A stretch of DNA of 64,000 nucleotides from Bispira polyomma (lineage: Eukaryota). The position numbers and the translations under genes are program-made. The notes below the pieces were generated by a model. That model ran no database searches. It had not been told where the DNA came from and saw only the letters and a program-made list of their open reading frames with translations. Positions within the stretch are counted from its first letter, which is position 1, and each line of letters starts with the position of its first letter. The stretch spans positions 38,998,001-39,062,000 of the forward strand of contig OZ287756.1 in assembly GCA_965649765.1 (NCBI GenBank). Direction: 5' to 3'. Of this stretch, positions 23,037 to 36,294 are shown one piece after another.

Positions 23037-23825
23037 TTACTTGAGGCCTATTATGAGGCTCATGAGGGCCTCTTTGAGTTGATTCTGGCCCTTGTTTCTG
23101 GGTTGATTCTGGTTGGGTTTATTAGATTGTCGATATGGTCTTTTTGGTCCTTGCCTATTGTTGTAAGCACGGGGTATATTGTTGCCTTTTTTGGCTGGTC
23201 TGGAAAAGGCATTGGATGCAGCAGATTTATATTTCTGGCCTAGGAAGGTAGTGATCTCTTTATACTGGTCACCACTGAGGAGTTGCTGTAATAATGTCAG
23301 TTGACTCTGGATCTCTTGTTTGGTTTCTCTGTACCTATTGTTGAGGTCCTCAATAATGATTAGGCTCAGTTGTTTCTTGCAAGTGTTAATGGTACTATCC
23401 CATCTTGTTTCAAAGCTTTTATCTCTGGAAGATGGGGTTCTGCATCTGAAGTCTGCCTGTTGAGGAAACTTATTATTTTCTAAAAGTTTCTTAAATTGGT
23501 GTAGATTGGTAGCTATTGCCAATTTCTTTCTATGAAGAGTCTTAGTTTTTAAATAGATGGTTTTGGTGGCATCTGGATATTCTGATCGTGTGTGGTCTGT
23601 TGGTGAGTCAGACCGTTTTCTTTTATTACTGGGTATTGGTTTTGGTGATCTTTGTCTAGGTTTGTCTAAACTAGAAGCTGCCTGATTTAGTAGTTGGAGT
23701 GTTTCATCACTGAGATTACTTTTGGGAAAAGGTGTCCCTGCTCCAGGTGTAATATAGGTGGCTGATTCTACACCTAAGGTGCCAATGGCTGAAATCAAGG
23801 TTTCTTGTGATACACTAGTAGACAT
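23037..23825 (-). CDS. Penelope-like element ORF1 (262 aa): N-terminal helical domain and basic N/Q/R-rich tail
   Basis: Intact ATG-to-TAA ORF, same strand and frame as ORF2, directly upstream of it. Segment KFPQQADFRCRTP...FETRWDSTINTCKKQLSLIII resembles the P..L....P....F...W..IL..CS..L..LI pattern recalled from Neptune-type N-termini. Confidence 0.75.
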   Translation of the reverse strand: MSTSVSQETLISAIGTLGVESATYITPGAGTPFPKSNLSDETLQLLNQAASSLDKPRQRSPKPIPSNKRKRSDSPTDHTRSEYPDATKTIYLKTKTLHRKKLAIATNLHQFKKLLENNKFPQQADFRCRTPSSRDKSFETRWDSTINTCKKQLSLIIIEDLNNRYRETKQEIQSQLTLLQQLLSGDQYKEITTFLGQKYKSAASNAFSRPAKKGNNIPRAYNNRQGPKRPYRQSNKPNQNQPRNKGQNQLKEALMSLIIGLK

Positions 23826-23992
23826 GGTATGTCCAGAGGTAATAAAGCATAAAAGGGTTTATGTCTTGTGTATGAACAAGTAGACTAAATAATATATGTA
23901 GCCTAAGGCTAAGGTTATTTCCACTTTTACACTGAGCTTAAACTCTGTCCTCCATTCAGTATACATATGTCTGGTTTGAGAATTTCTCATTA

Positions 23993-24219
23993 ACTTCAAG
24001 GTAACATGTGAACTTTGACATTTTCAATAAAGAATAGTATTCCATAAAGTTAATTTAATTGTGGTATGTAATAGTCACCTGGCTAAGCAAACAATACCTA
24101 AACACTTCAAGGTAACATGTGAACTTTGACATTTTCAATAAAGAGAATAGTATTCCATAAAGTTAATTTAATTGTGGTATGTAATAGTCACCTGGCTAAG
24201 CAAACAATATCTAAACACT
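23993..24219. repeat. Near-perfect 111-bp tandem duplication upstream of the Penelope ORF1
   Basis: acttcaaggtaacatgtgaactttgac... starts at 23993 and again at 24104. Confidence 0.9.
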
Positions 24220-24526
24220 ATATATTCATATAATCAGGATTTGTATAAAAACTATACCTATAGTTTCCCCTCATGTTGAAATTTTTGAGTTATTAGCAAA
24301 GTAAATTTTTATGAGATAACTTCTTTAAAGTTACCGTTTGCCTCTTTATGCTCCAAGTTGTAACAAATTCTATCCTCCCCATGAACATGGACTATTTTAA
24401 ACCTTTTTAATTATGTTCATGAGGGATATACATACAAAATGTCCTAGTTTTTATGTTGCATAAGGGCCCATGTGAACTTAATATTAGAAGATTATAGCTG
24501 TTTGTGTTTACACATTGTGAAGAATA

Positions 24527-24677
24527 TTGAATTTGAGTTTGAATTGGGATATCAACGTCCACTCTAGTACACTCAAGGTTCTGCACTGAAACCAGCGGCC
24601 CACAGTAAGGAACTACCACCTTTCCCACAAAGGTGTCGACAGGAGTCAAACTCATACCACCCAGAGGTGAGAGACCG
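24527..24677 (-). mobile_element. tRNA-derived SINE, 5'-truncated and internally deleted copy
   Basis: Matches 28061-28311 and 47214-47472 (gaaaccagcggcccacagtaaggaactaccac, agaggtgagagacc). Confidence 0.8.
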
Positions 24678-25395
24678 TAAAGGCTCTGAACTCTCTGAAG
24701 AAAAGACCTGACATAGTGGTAAAACCAGCCGACAAAGGGGGCGCTATTGTGGTGTGAAGGTGAGAAGTACTACTCTCAAATGAGTGGGACTAGGATAGTT
24801 ATTTCATTAGGTCCTGAGTTTTTCTAATTTCGGTGTAGGCAAACAAAAAGTTGATATACTACAGGCTTATGATGGTCCTTTGCAAGAGCTTTACAAATGG
24901 TATATTGATGATGTTCTGTGGGCTACCTCTATGTCAAGGGATAAACATAAACATTACATCAATTTTGTGTGCAATTTCCAATAAGCTTTCCAATACACAT
25001 TCACAATATCTGAAAAAGATGTTGAAATTTTCGACATTGGATTATCTGTCAGTGAAGTCAAAATCAGTACTTCAGTTCACTACAAGGAAATAGACAGCCA
25101 TGCCTACCTAAAATATGGTTCTAGTCATCCTATTTCATGCAAGAATTCAATACCATATTCACAGTTTCTCAGTTTGAAGTGTTTATGTTCTGTTGACAGT
25201 AACTTTGAATTCAGGGTGAAAGAAATGAAGAAATTCTTTGTTGCAAGAGATTATCCCCAAAACGATTTTGACAGAGCTAAAAGTTCTCGTACATCCGAGA
25301 AAGTTCTCCCCATAAATTACTGTCTTACATTTTTAGCTGATAAGTTTAGCAAATTTTTCATAGGTAAAATCAGCAACATTTTTGATGGTTTTTAA
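24678..25395 (+). pseudogene. Degenerate second Penelope-like RT fragment
   Basis: KALNSLKKRPDIVVKPADKGGAIVV, WYIDDV, HYKEIDSHAYLKYGSSHPISCKNSIPYSQFLSLKCLCS and FVARDYP, with deletions and frameshifts. Confidence 0.85.
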
Positions 25396-25419
25396 TGATG
25401 TCTGATTTCCGGGGTATAA

Positions 25420-27110
25420 GGTTTCTAACCTATTCCATTTCCACAGACTTTCTGAGAAGGATGTTCTATAACTCATAAAAACCTCTCCTATTAAATCCTG
25501 TGAACTAGATCCTATCTCCACCATTATTCCAAATCAATGCTTCGACATTCTAGTCACCCCCATAACAAACATATTAAATTTTTTTTGTTGGAATGGTATT
25601 TTACCCCATCTGTTTCAAGACTGCAAATCCCAGGGTTTGCAAATCCCAAATCCCACTCAAAAACTACAGACCGGTGTCAAATCTCAGCTTTGTCTCTGAA
25701 GTAATCGAGAAAGCTGTGGCACAACAAATTTCTGACCACCTTAACAGACAAAAAATCTCAAATCGTCACCAATCTGCTTACAGAAAGTTCCACTCTACAG
25801 AAAGTGCCCTTTTTCTTATCAGCAATGATATAAATCTTGCATGCTTGCATTGGACCATAATGAAACAGTGGCCCTTACCCTTTTAGATCTTTCAGCAGCC
25901 TTCGACACTATTGATCATGGCCTACTCTGCGACATTCTGAGGTAGAGTGGCACTGTCTTCAGATCCTACCTTATTCTTAGAGCGGATAGAATTAAACTAG
26001 ATGATCACTTATCATCTTCCATTAACCTACCATACAGAGTACCCCTGGAATCTGTCTTGGGGCTTCAACTTTTCACTCCCTATACACATCATCTCGGCAC
26101 TGTCATCAGTAATCACAATATAAAACACCACATGTGTGCTGATGACACTTAAGTCTCTCTCTCTCTCTGAAACCCTCAAAATGCAAATAAACATATTGAT
26201 CTGCTCACGGACTATCTGTCCGTAGTCCAGGCGTGGATGAGTTACTCCAAATTGAAATTAGATCCTGACAAAACTGAATTCATTCTTTTTGAAAACAAGA
26301 AAGACAGTGAATTTCTAAAATCAGTGTTCCCCATTTCCCTTCTGGGAAAAGTTATACTACCTTCCGAAGTGCCAAAAACCTGGGTGTCACTTTCAACTTG
26401 GCCTTTTCCTTTGACACTCATATTGCCAACATCTGTCGCTCCTGCTATTACCACATCCATGACAACAGAAGAACCTGAAACCACCTGTCACTGAACACTG
26501 CTATATCTGCTCTTGTGTGCAGCCTCCTCGACTACTGCAACTCTTTTTTGTTTGGAGTAAACAAGTCACAGATTAAAAGCTTCAGTCCATTCAAAACTAC
26601 CTATGCATGGTGATTTTTTGCCTGGGTAGTTGTACAGACGTCACTCCTTACCTCAAAAACTACACTGGCTGCCTATTCACTCTAGAATTTTGTTCAAAAT
26701 TTGTGTTAACACTTTTAAGGCTGTAGTCACTCAACAGCCCTCCTACATGACTTTCCTTTTCTGTTAGAGTAACCTGAAAAGAGGCAACAGACTCACTCTT
26801 TCTTCTGTTAAGACCCGCTAGAAAGGCAGGATCAAGAGCGTTCTCCATTGCATTTCCCTTGATATGGAAGAGTCTCCCAGTTGACCTCAGATCAGTAGAT
26901 ACACTTATTTGTTTTAGGGAAAAGCTCAAAACCTATCTTTTTAACCTTGCCTACCCACCTCGGTTTCCCTCGTGTACACCCCTACATCTTTCCTTACAAC
27001 CTTGTTATGTCCATGGACTTTAAATTTGATTACTGATTCGGCTGTTGCGCTTTAGAAGATGCCTAGCATCAATAAAGCATGTTTAAAATTCATAATAATA
27101 ATAATAAAAA
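25420..27110 (+). mobile_element. Degenerate L2-clade LINE: RT, 3' UTR and (AAT)n tail
   Basis: KSCELDPI, NYRPVSNLSFVS, HQSAYRKFHSTE, LDLSAAFDTIDH, ADDT, KLDPDKTEFILF, LHWLP and KLKTYLF, followed by AATAAA and ataataata. Confidence 0.88.
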
Positions 27111-28060
27111 ATACTATGCGACCTCTCAGTATTATATGTACACATACCATTTTCAATCAACAGGCTTAACACTCATATCCAGGTCAACCTATTACACGTT
27201 TAAACCTAAATGGATTAGCATACATACTTTAAAAAGGTAATTCACAGGGAAACAGTTACAACTAAACAACTAAAGACCGAATGAGAAGAATCAAATGCAG
27301 ACTAGGAATGAGGAACCAGATTGGCTAGTCTTAAGAAGGTAAAAACAAGCAGTTAAATAAACTGCTTTGAATGTGATTACATATGTTTTATGCTCGCATG
27401 CTACCACAATTTTTTTCCAGCTAGTCTACTGAAAAGATTGATTTGTTTTTTGGAGTAAAGATTGTGGTATGTGCTACTCCTTGCAAGAACAAAGCCGCAT
27501 GGGGTTCCGTGACTTCAGTGCTGACATGTAGTTCAACAACTTGCCATGAGAGCAACCATTATCCCCCCAAACTGCAAAAAAAAGATAAAATTATTGTTTT
27601 CATCTTAAGAGATAAATCAACCGCTTAGTCTCTGTAATAGTTAACTTCAATGGTGTTTTAAAATTCTCCATAGACAATACTTGCAGTTATCCCATGATGC
27701 CTATCAAGTATACCTTGTGGTTATTGGTAAAGCTATTGGTATCTTTGTACCATATTGATACAGTGAGTTGACTTTCTTGCTGAAGAAGATATTTGATATG
27801 CACCTTTTATAGGTAAGTGTTATAAGATTTGGCGACTAAGGGTGACATCTATCTCACTAAATAAAGCATGCAGCCAAAAATTTAGTTGTGATATTTTGCT
27901 GTATCTGCTAAATTAGTTTCATCCTGGGTTACAATTCTGTAACCACTCGAACAAGAATTTGAAACAGGTTTTCCAATCCATGACCTCTCGGATGTCAGAG
28001 CAGCAGTCTTTGTGCTTCATTTTTGAATGTAAAGGGTCATAAATGACTTACCACTAACAA

Positions 28061-28311
28061 TTTGAATTTGGATATTTAACGTCCACTCCAGTACCTTTTA
28101 GTAGGTTATATTGGGACGGGTAGTTGGAAATGCTGGAGGAAACACTGCATACAGTCTGCCAAGGTTTTGCAGTGAAACCAGCAGCCCACAGTAAGGAACT
28201 ACCACCTTTCCCGCATAGGCATCGACGGGATTCGAACTCACGCCGCCCAGAGGTGAGAGACCAGTGATTGTGAAGTGCAATGCTTGCTAACCACTAGGCC
28301 ACCGCGGCCCC
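28061..28311 (-). mobile_element. Full-length tRNA-derived SINE (~250 bp)
   Basis: Minus strand starts GGGGCCGCGGTGGCCTAGTGG (A box), has GAGTTCGAATCC (B box) and a CAAATT-type tail. 11-bp TSD ACCACTAACAA at 28050-28060 and 28312-28322. Confidence 0.9.
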
Positions 28312-31300
28312 ACCACTAACAAATGGAATGGTTTCACCTTAATTGTTTTTTGGATAGCAAAGTCCCAGAAACTTTCCGCACCAAATGATATCATTATAGA
28401 AACTTTTTTAATAAAAGGAACTTTTACATCTCATACTGGACTGATCAAATGCAATAGATGTACATATTGTGTGTGCCATCTTCAATGTCAGATGGATTCT
28501 GTAATTTTCTAGCCCTAGTAAAAAGGGACGAAGTTTGGTAAATCCTTAAAATTTTACGTAATCTCTTTGGAAAGGAATGATTTAGATTCCACCTCTGGTT
28601 CAATGTGATTATAAATGTATTTTGGAATAGGAATATGTGTTTCACTCACTTGAACAAACTGCCCCGACTAAAGATATTGCTATGTTTTTTTTATTGAATT
28701 GTCATAAGTCACACTTTCCATTTACTAACAAATTCATATAGATGAGCCAGGGGTGCTCATGGAATATTTCTTGGTATGCTTTGTATGACTCATTAGGTAG
28801 GCATAGACGTCATTAATGGTATAGTGTTAACATCCAACGGAATACATGGGTAGAGCATGACCCTTTTTATATACAATCCCATTTATACATATTTCTTCAA
28901 ATCGCATAATTGCGGTTCCGGGTTCCTCTTCCAATTATGGTTCTGGTTCCAGTTCTGACTCAAACTGAAGTCCACTACCCAACGATCGGGCTAAAACATT
29001 GGCTTTTTGCAGCTGTTAAGCCAGAATAAGGCAAGCCAGTTGGCAGTTTTCTTTTTGTCTTTGAGTTAAAATAAATGTGTTTATTAAGCGAGTAATATGT
29101 ACCCAGTAATAGGCTGATTATCTTCTATTAAAATTGGAACTTCTTCTTAGTCTTTTGTTTAACCCAGACTTTCAAATTTTTTGTCAGAACGATCCTGTTA
29201 TGATATATCTTTCTGTTGTCAATTATAAGTTTTGAGACAAATCATTTCTTTACTATAAAGTTTTCATTTCTCTGATGATTCCATATTGATATTTTCTGAC
29301 ATGTCCCCCATATGCTTTTCCAATGTGACCAAAGCGATAGCTATAGCACTGTTGTGAACAAATTTGAATATGATATCATATGGGAAGCGGTAAAATACAA
29401 CTTACCGTTTTTAGGCAATATACAGATCTCTGTGTGATAAATGTTTTCATGGTAAAAAGTCAAACTACAAAAATATCTCGGCAAATAGTTTTCCGTATTA
29501 CATTTATCTAAAAAAAATCTTAAACTCACATTGGTGGGTCTACAAGCTACCATTATATTTGGTTGTTGGGTGGAATAGGAAGGTTGGGTAAACTTGTCGA
29601 CAGATCTGGAGAAACCTATAATAGTGACTGGCTGGATGGCTTACTTGAGTCTAGACAACCCAGGATACACTACCTAATTGAGAATCATAGTAAAGAATTT
29701 TGGATATCAAGACTGAAGCACAAACTCAGACGATAGAGTTCCTTTTGGCATGCCGTGAAATCCCATTTGACCAAAACTGGTTCTTAGAAGTCATTTTATT
29801 AAAACTATTTCTTGGGTCGTATTATAACTTAGGCTAAGCCCAGTCTTAAAAATAAGATTTTAGTCTTAGCTAAAAAAAGCTTTTGAGTTGTACTTGAAGA
29901 CAAAATGAAAATACTGCTGTTAATCGGATATTTGGAACAATATTTATTTACAAATCCCTCTTTAAAAAATGAAAATACATTTAATATAGTTTTAGCCCGC
30001 CATTTAAATGATACTATTAATTTATACAAAATCACAGAAATTCAAGATGGCTGGTATGATAATTTCCATGTAAACTAGTCAATTGTCAACAAACTAGAAG
30101 ACTTGAGTGAAAGCCCTTCTTTGTGAAAATTGTCTTAAGGGAGAGGTTGTGTTTAGCTGAGAGGGAATGAATCAGCACAAGAATAGCTGTTCTTACTGAT
30201 TCTAATCCCCAGACAAAATAACCAGGTTTACAACATATGAAGACAAAAATTGATATCTCTATGCTAAGTTTTACTTGACGGCAAAAGAATAGTCTTTGGC
30301 GGGAAGCAAAGTGTTCATGCACAAACTAATCTGTTAGACAGAGTCACTGTTTTGAAAAGATCTTGTTACACCCAATCCTTTAGCTTTAAATATCACTTCA
30401 TGATTTGTCATATGAAATGTGTTTTAAAGCTATATTGTTCATAAACAAACAGCAAACAAAACACCTTTACTTTGATAAAACATTATTTCATTCCAGAATA
30501 CCAAGACAACCAACGAACTTTTACATTTTAAATCATAGTAATTAAATAAGTGAAACCGGTTAAGAGAGTTTAATTAAGGTTTATGAACTGTGTCAGACAT
30601 GTTCCTGTAGTTCTATAAGAGGTTTGTGTTGAGAGCTGTGGGTAGGTCGGGGTAGACACCTGTGGAGTGAGACAGTGCTCACAATGAGTTAAGTGAATGT
30701 CTAATCGGTACTCTCTGATACAGGACACTACTTCCCCTTCAATACACTTTCACTCATTTACGTCTGCACATAGTGAGAATTCCATTACCGACACCCTCAA
30801 GCAATCAAATCTTTGCAAGACGGTAATTGGCGCATCACTCTCACAGCGCCAAGGAAGCCAGTTAGTTTTAATGTGTAGTTATTCCGCCATTAAGGAGAAT
30901 GTGTAGGTTTTCACTATCATGGCTGTGATTGTTGTATTTCCTACCTGTAGATTATTTGTTTAAAGAACGCCTCTCATTCTCTACACAATCCTCTGTTTGC
31001 AGTCTAAACCTTGTAATAGCTTGTTGACCTTCATTTGACTTTGTTTACCAGAATTCAGTACTGAGATAAACTTCAGCTTGTATGTCTAAGTTGATGTAAA
31101 GTATTTCAAATTAAATCACATAGATATCACATCTATATGTATCCAGATTACAACCAGTCGTTTAAACTTACATGCTGCAGTCAAACTTGGATTAATGCAC
31201 AAAATATAAAATAATAATATGCTACAGAGCAGGTCATCAAATGATAACAAATATTCGTGCATACAAATACTTCCAAACGATAAATGTACCTTCCAACACA

Positions 31301-32079
31301 CAATGATACATCTAATTTGCATAAAGCACACCATGTACATATAAAGAATCAATAATAGCATTTATAAAAGCATGTCGGAGGGAGGTGAAGGCCGCTTTAT
31401 GTAAGTCTATTATGGTTTCTGAGACAGGAATATAAAATTGTATTCCTCACAATAAAAACACTTTTGTGGATAAATTCACATAAAATAAAAGGTGTGGTCT
31501 CTGTAAGTCGTACTATATGTACACATTGTTTCATTGTATATTATATGTTTCAGTACCAATCGTGGCTTATCGTGGAAAACGCTTGTCACAATATTCCAGG
31601 GATTAACCATTTCCACTTGCGAGTTGACTTACTTTTTATAATTAGGTCAGGGATGACGTGTCATCGGACATCAAGAATCCCAGAGGTACAGGGTGTTAGC
31701 TTTTCAACATAAACCACTGATTTTCCATGTCAATTTATTCTTTTATGTTTTTTTGTGAAATAAACTTCTGTGTATCTTCTAGCCAACATATATATGACCC
31801 ACAAATATAAGGCAAATGTAACATTGACAACGATAACACAAGATTTTATGTTATTGTTATTATTATCAATAAAGCTACATCCCATAAAATGTTTATCTTT
31901 GACTTGTCATACATGTACAATTTTAACAAATTAATAAATAATTCGTGAATTTTTATTTCTTAAAATCTGACAAAAATATATTTATTTGTCTTCTGTAACA
32001 CATGATAAGAAATTTTATAGAAATTAATACCTCTTAGATATGGAGTTTTTAACAATGCCCATTCATACAGATTTGATTT

Positions 32080-32578
32080 CTACACGTGGTGGCGTCCCCT
32101 AACGTAGCAAGGCCATATAAACTGAAAATGTGGTAGTTTCTTGCAAAGTTACGTCATTTCCATAAAGGGAGAGTCGATTGTGACCTTTTGTGACGTTTTT
32201 ATGACGATGTTGGTACTTGTACACACGAAGCGGGGGGGGGGGGGGGGGGGGGACGGGCCCTTTACTGGTAGGATAGCATTACCTACTACTACGTGGATCT
32301 ACTGTACTGCTACTTACTGTTGCGTTCTGCTGCGTTATGAAGCTTAGTGAAACGTTTCACGACGAATACAACGAGTGGAGATAATACCACTACTTACTGG
32401 GACTCGCAGTTTGAAACAATCGTGGCAGCAGACCAAACAAAGACGTTTCCAGAACAATATCATCTGTTAAGCAACGTTCCATAACGGACGCACCACAGAT
32501 GCTCACTTTGTCATTACCTTCTACAACGTTTATACTAGCTTTCAAAACGTGACACACATGTATAGGTGTGACTGGGCT
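32080..32578 (+). mobile_element. Non-autonomous Harbinger-type element, family A, copy 3, with an expanded poly-G tract
   Basis: Collinear with 10620-11210. Ends catgtataggtgtgactgggct followed shortly by TAA. Confidence 0.7.
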
Positions 32579-33103
32579 ATAACCAGGACAAGACACTCAA
32601 GCCCAATGTGTTTTGCAAATGATGTGACTGTAAACATGAACGAATAATCAACTCACTTTGTCTGAGAAACCCAGTACCCACAGCAGGAAAGCTTTCAGGG
32701 AGGATAGAGGTCGGAAGGCAAAACATCATGTCTAAAGATAAGGCTACATCCAATGTGGCAGGGAGAGCTGATTTACAACCCAATTCTGTGATGGCCACAG
32801 CAATGGCAACGATGTAATCATTTTGGCGACAATCGTCTCTATGAGGCAGAGAATCTATACTTCCATGGTACTTCCACTTTTGCAGCATACTTGACTAGAC
32901 AAGAGAGGGGGCTAACAACTTGGTCAACACATAAGAGGGACATAAGATTTGCCGAACTAAGAGGAAGAGGCTTAAACATCAACCGAGAGAGGATAACAAG
33001 ACATTGTTTGCACTGCTGTTCTCATAAAGGATGAGAGTGTCAAAGCACGGATGGAGTACAAATGTCGTGATAAAACAGTCTAAGAGGAACAAATACGGCC
33101 TTG

Positions 33104-33594
33104 TATATGTCATGGTAGAAAGACCAATCTGGTAGAATTTGAAATTCTACTGGTAGAAACTCCAATTGGAAAATTTGAAGAAATAAAAAGAAAACACCAC
33201 CTGTGAGTTATGTTTCATTGTTTTAGAAAATGCAGTACATTGCTATATACTAAAAGGTACCTTGACTAATTAATGATTTTGCATATTTGTTTTGTATTAC
33301 ATAGTTTTACAGAGTATATATTTGGCAAAAATTGCATTAAATATCTTGTCATATTAATGCCGAGGAACACAGCAAGATTCCTAGTATTTTTACTTTAATT
33401 ACTGACATACTTTGACAAAGTTATCTTATTTATCATAAAACAAAGAGTATTGAGTCAATAATGTAAAGTACAATTTAATTTTTTTTTTCTTATAACCAAC
33501 AGAATTGGACTTTCTACTGGTAGAAAGTCCAATTGGAGTTTCTACTAGTAGAATTTTAAATTCTACCAGATTGGACTTTCTACCATGACATATA
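33104..33594. mobile_element. MITE with 67-bp TIRs and probable TA target site
   Basis: tatatgtcatggtagaaag...ccaattgga at both ends in inverted orientation (3 mismatches in 67). Internal TGGTAGAA/TTCTAC repeats. Confidence 0.88.
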
Positions 33595-36294
33595 TATAAT
33601 TATGATACCTAAACCTTTACAATTATTTTTAGGAAGTACATGAAACTTTGTTATGGCAGGGATGAAAGACATCTCGACATTTTTTGAAGAAGTGAAACTG
33701 TTCTTAACAAATCCAATTAGAAAATAAAATAACTGTTCACGGAAATGTTGGTGAGATGTGTGGACACGAGAGAAGTGACGTTAACTGAAATAAAAACAAT
33801 GGTATGACGTTTACTAACATCTCTTGTTGTTCACTTCCCATGCCTTAAGAAGTAGAATCAACCAAATCCTCCCAAACCTCAACAATGAATCTACCCTAAA
33901 ATAGCTCTTTATAATGTAGCAACTCCAGAAGTGTGGCATTTTCTCTGTGGAAGGAGCAATTACCATAAAACAAAAAGGAGTAGTTAATGAATATGACCGG
34001 GAATTGGTATAGATTTACACCCGACAGATAATATTGTCTACCCATTCGGTGAATCACTAGCTTAGTTTTATTGCCCTTTCTTGATCCTACTTGGATCACT
34101 AGAGTAAATGCAATTCCCATGGGTAAGATGACAATAAAAGTGATCCACTGTTTATACGCTGTATTTATTAACGCCTTTCTGACCATTCTCTGCTGACTGT
34201 TTATAATATGAACACATGATCTAATTGTTATTGTTGAGACAATCAAAGAGAGCAAGGGTATGATCCATTGTGTGTACACTTCAAAGAGTTCATTAGGATT
34301 TGGCGTGTGTATCAACCATTGACACTTACTGGGGGTTTCTCTCACCTTTAGTTAAAACCTAGACTATTCTTTGACATTTGGCTTTTTTTCCTGAAGCTGG
34401 TTGTAGCCTTTGAAGATAAGCTAGTCAATTTGCTGAATATGGGGTTTACTGAAACACACGTGTTTGGCATTGTTTATTCATGAATAGAGGCCCCATATGA
34501 CCTATCATGTATCTTGTACCCTCCCGCAGGCATGACAATCTCTCTGATCTTGTTTTTATACAGCAATTGCTAATGTCTACATAATGTGTTAAAAGTAGGG
34601 TTTTTTCTTGCCATTGGAAAACATTTATTTTGAAACTGCGTATTTTACAAGGGGCTGTTGCAGCAAATGATCAAGGTTATTAGCAAACTTCAATTCAGGC
34701 GTAGGTTGAATCATGGATTTAATGGATTAAATGAAGAGCTGCAGAGAAGTTTAATTTTAGGTTTGATGTAGGTTGCCGAACTTGACTCCACTACAGCCAC
34801 ACTGGTTCTCAAGCTGCATTCACAGTAACAAGTTTGTAATGTTGTGTTTTTTTTTCATGAAATGAAACAAATCTTAAGTCATTATTGTTAGAATGTTTCA
34901 CCAATGAACACTGAATATGTAATTCATCAACTGAATCACTCAAAAGGTTTTTCGTACACAAGGCTAAATGTAATTTTGCTACTTATGGAAATACATATTT
35001 TAGCATATCCAAAATAAAAATAGGTTTTCACCTGGTCATATTCGTCGGCCTTCTATATACCCCATACCCTCGTCTCTGAGATTTGTAAGAACTATTGATA
35101 TTGTTGATAATGCTATCCGCTGAAAATAATCAGCATAATGCATTATAGTTTGGTGGCATTATAGTTTGGTGCAAGGGTTATAATTGGGCACAACTAAAAC
35201 AATATAAATACTTATACCCTTCGCCCCCTTTCCCCCATAAAACCCATCACAAATGTTCATTCGTTACTGAAAATTTTGAACATTTTAAAACTTGACGGCA
35301 CTACTAATGTTCACAAATATCAATAAAGATTTCAGAAGTGCTCCTAATGTAAACAAACTTGAAACAAAGTTGAAACCTACTGTCACTGATCGCTACGAAT
35401 ACGTCTGTGGTTGGTTCATGACGGGCATTCGTGTTAATGATACCTAGGTATAACGTATCTCCACAACATACATATTAAGGTGTATTTTGTGTTTATGTGA
35501 TTCACAAACATAACACCAAACCTCTCTACTATTAGATTAGGTCCGTTTTTTGTCAGTAGCAGGTTGTGTTGGCTTGATGTGGCTCGTTCTACGTTTGTTG
35601 CAATTAGTAGCAGGCAGTAAATTTTCGTTGCACTTAGTGATGTATTAGTAGATGTTTGTTATTGTATGAAATGTCTTATTAGTTTCTCATTAGTGGGTGG
35701 TAGTGAAGATATGTTTCATTTCTACCTTCATTTTTGGTCATCACAGTTTTGTTTCGACCTTGCCTGAGCTTCATCTGGGGAGGGGATTTTTTGGAGATGA
35801 GGGGAGTAGGAATGAGACCAGGCCTTTACACATCAAAGAAACAGAGGTTTCACGGTACGTTAGTTCACACAACTAAAAGGGGGGGCTATAAATAGAGGGG
35901 AATTGATTGATATTGGTTTATGTTGTAAACAGGCCATTCTGTGTATCCCAATTGCATATAATTAGAAACTGAAATTCAGCAAGATGATGCTATACATATA
36001 TTCCCTACACAATCGTTGTTACCTTCAGATAATTTGAATAGTTAAAAATAGTAAGTATGACTCCTTATGTAATGAGGCCATGTCTTACGTTTATCAGTAG
36101 CACTTATGGAGTAACACCGATCATGTGGTGCACTTATTCTGCTGACGTAGATAAAGAGAGAAGTTTTTAACAAAAAACGTAGCACGAAACTCCTCTCTCT
36201 ATTATTTCTGGGCTTATTTACGCGATTTCCTCAAAATTTCACTTAAGTAGATATATGTCAATATATTTGATGAAGTTACTTCACATTGCAAATG

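Noticed and set aside
22992-23039. Selenocysteine or simple stop read-through joining Penelope ORF1 and ORF2
   Set aside because: There are two stops and the first is TAA; no SECIS element was recognised.
19440-24400. Hammerhead ribozyme expected near a Penelope-like element
   Set aside because: No CTGAnGA-stem-GAAA core found by eye on either strand. The ctgaatgag-like strings at ~19487 and ~23950 lack the rest of the fold. A covariance search is needed.
28200-28311. Possible tRNA gene (also 47360-47472)
   Set aside because: A/B boxes are present, but I could not close a cloverleaf. It continues into a shared body and tail flanked by TSDs, so it is a SINE.
32232-32252. Long poly-G tract (also ~13433 and poly-C at ~57708) as a functional G-quadruplex
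   Set aside because: The homologous MITE copy at ~10741 has only five G, which points to slippage or a homopolymer assembly error.
33896-34345. 149-aa ORF with hydrophobic stretches
   Set aside because: Non-ATG start, no recognisable domain and no convincing splice context; probably a chance ORF or a decayed repeat.
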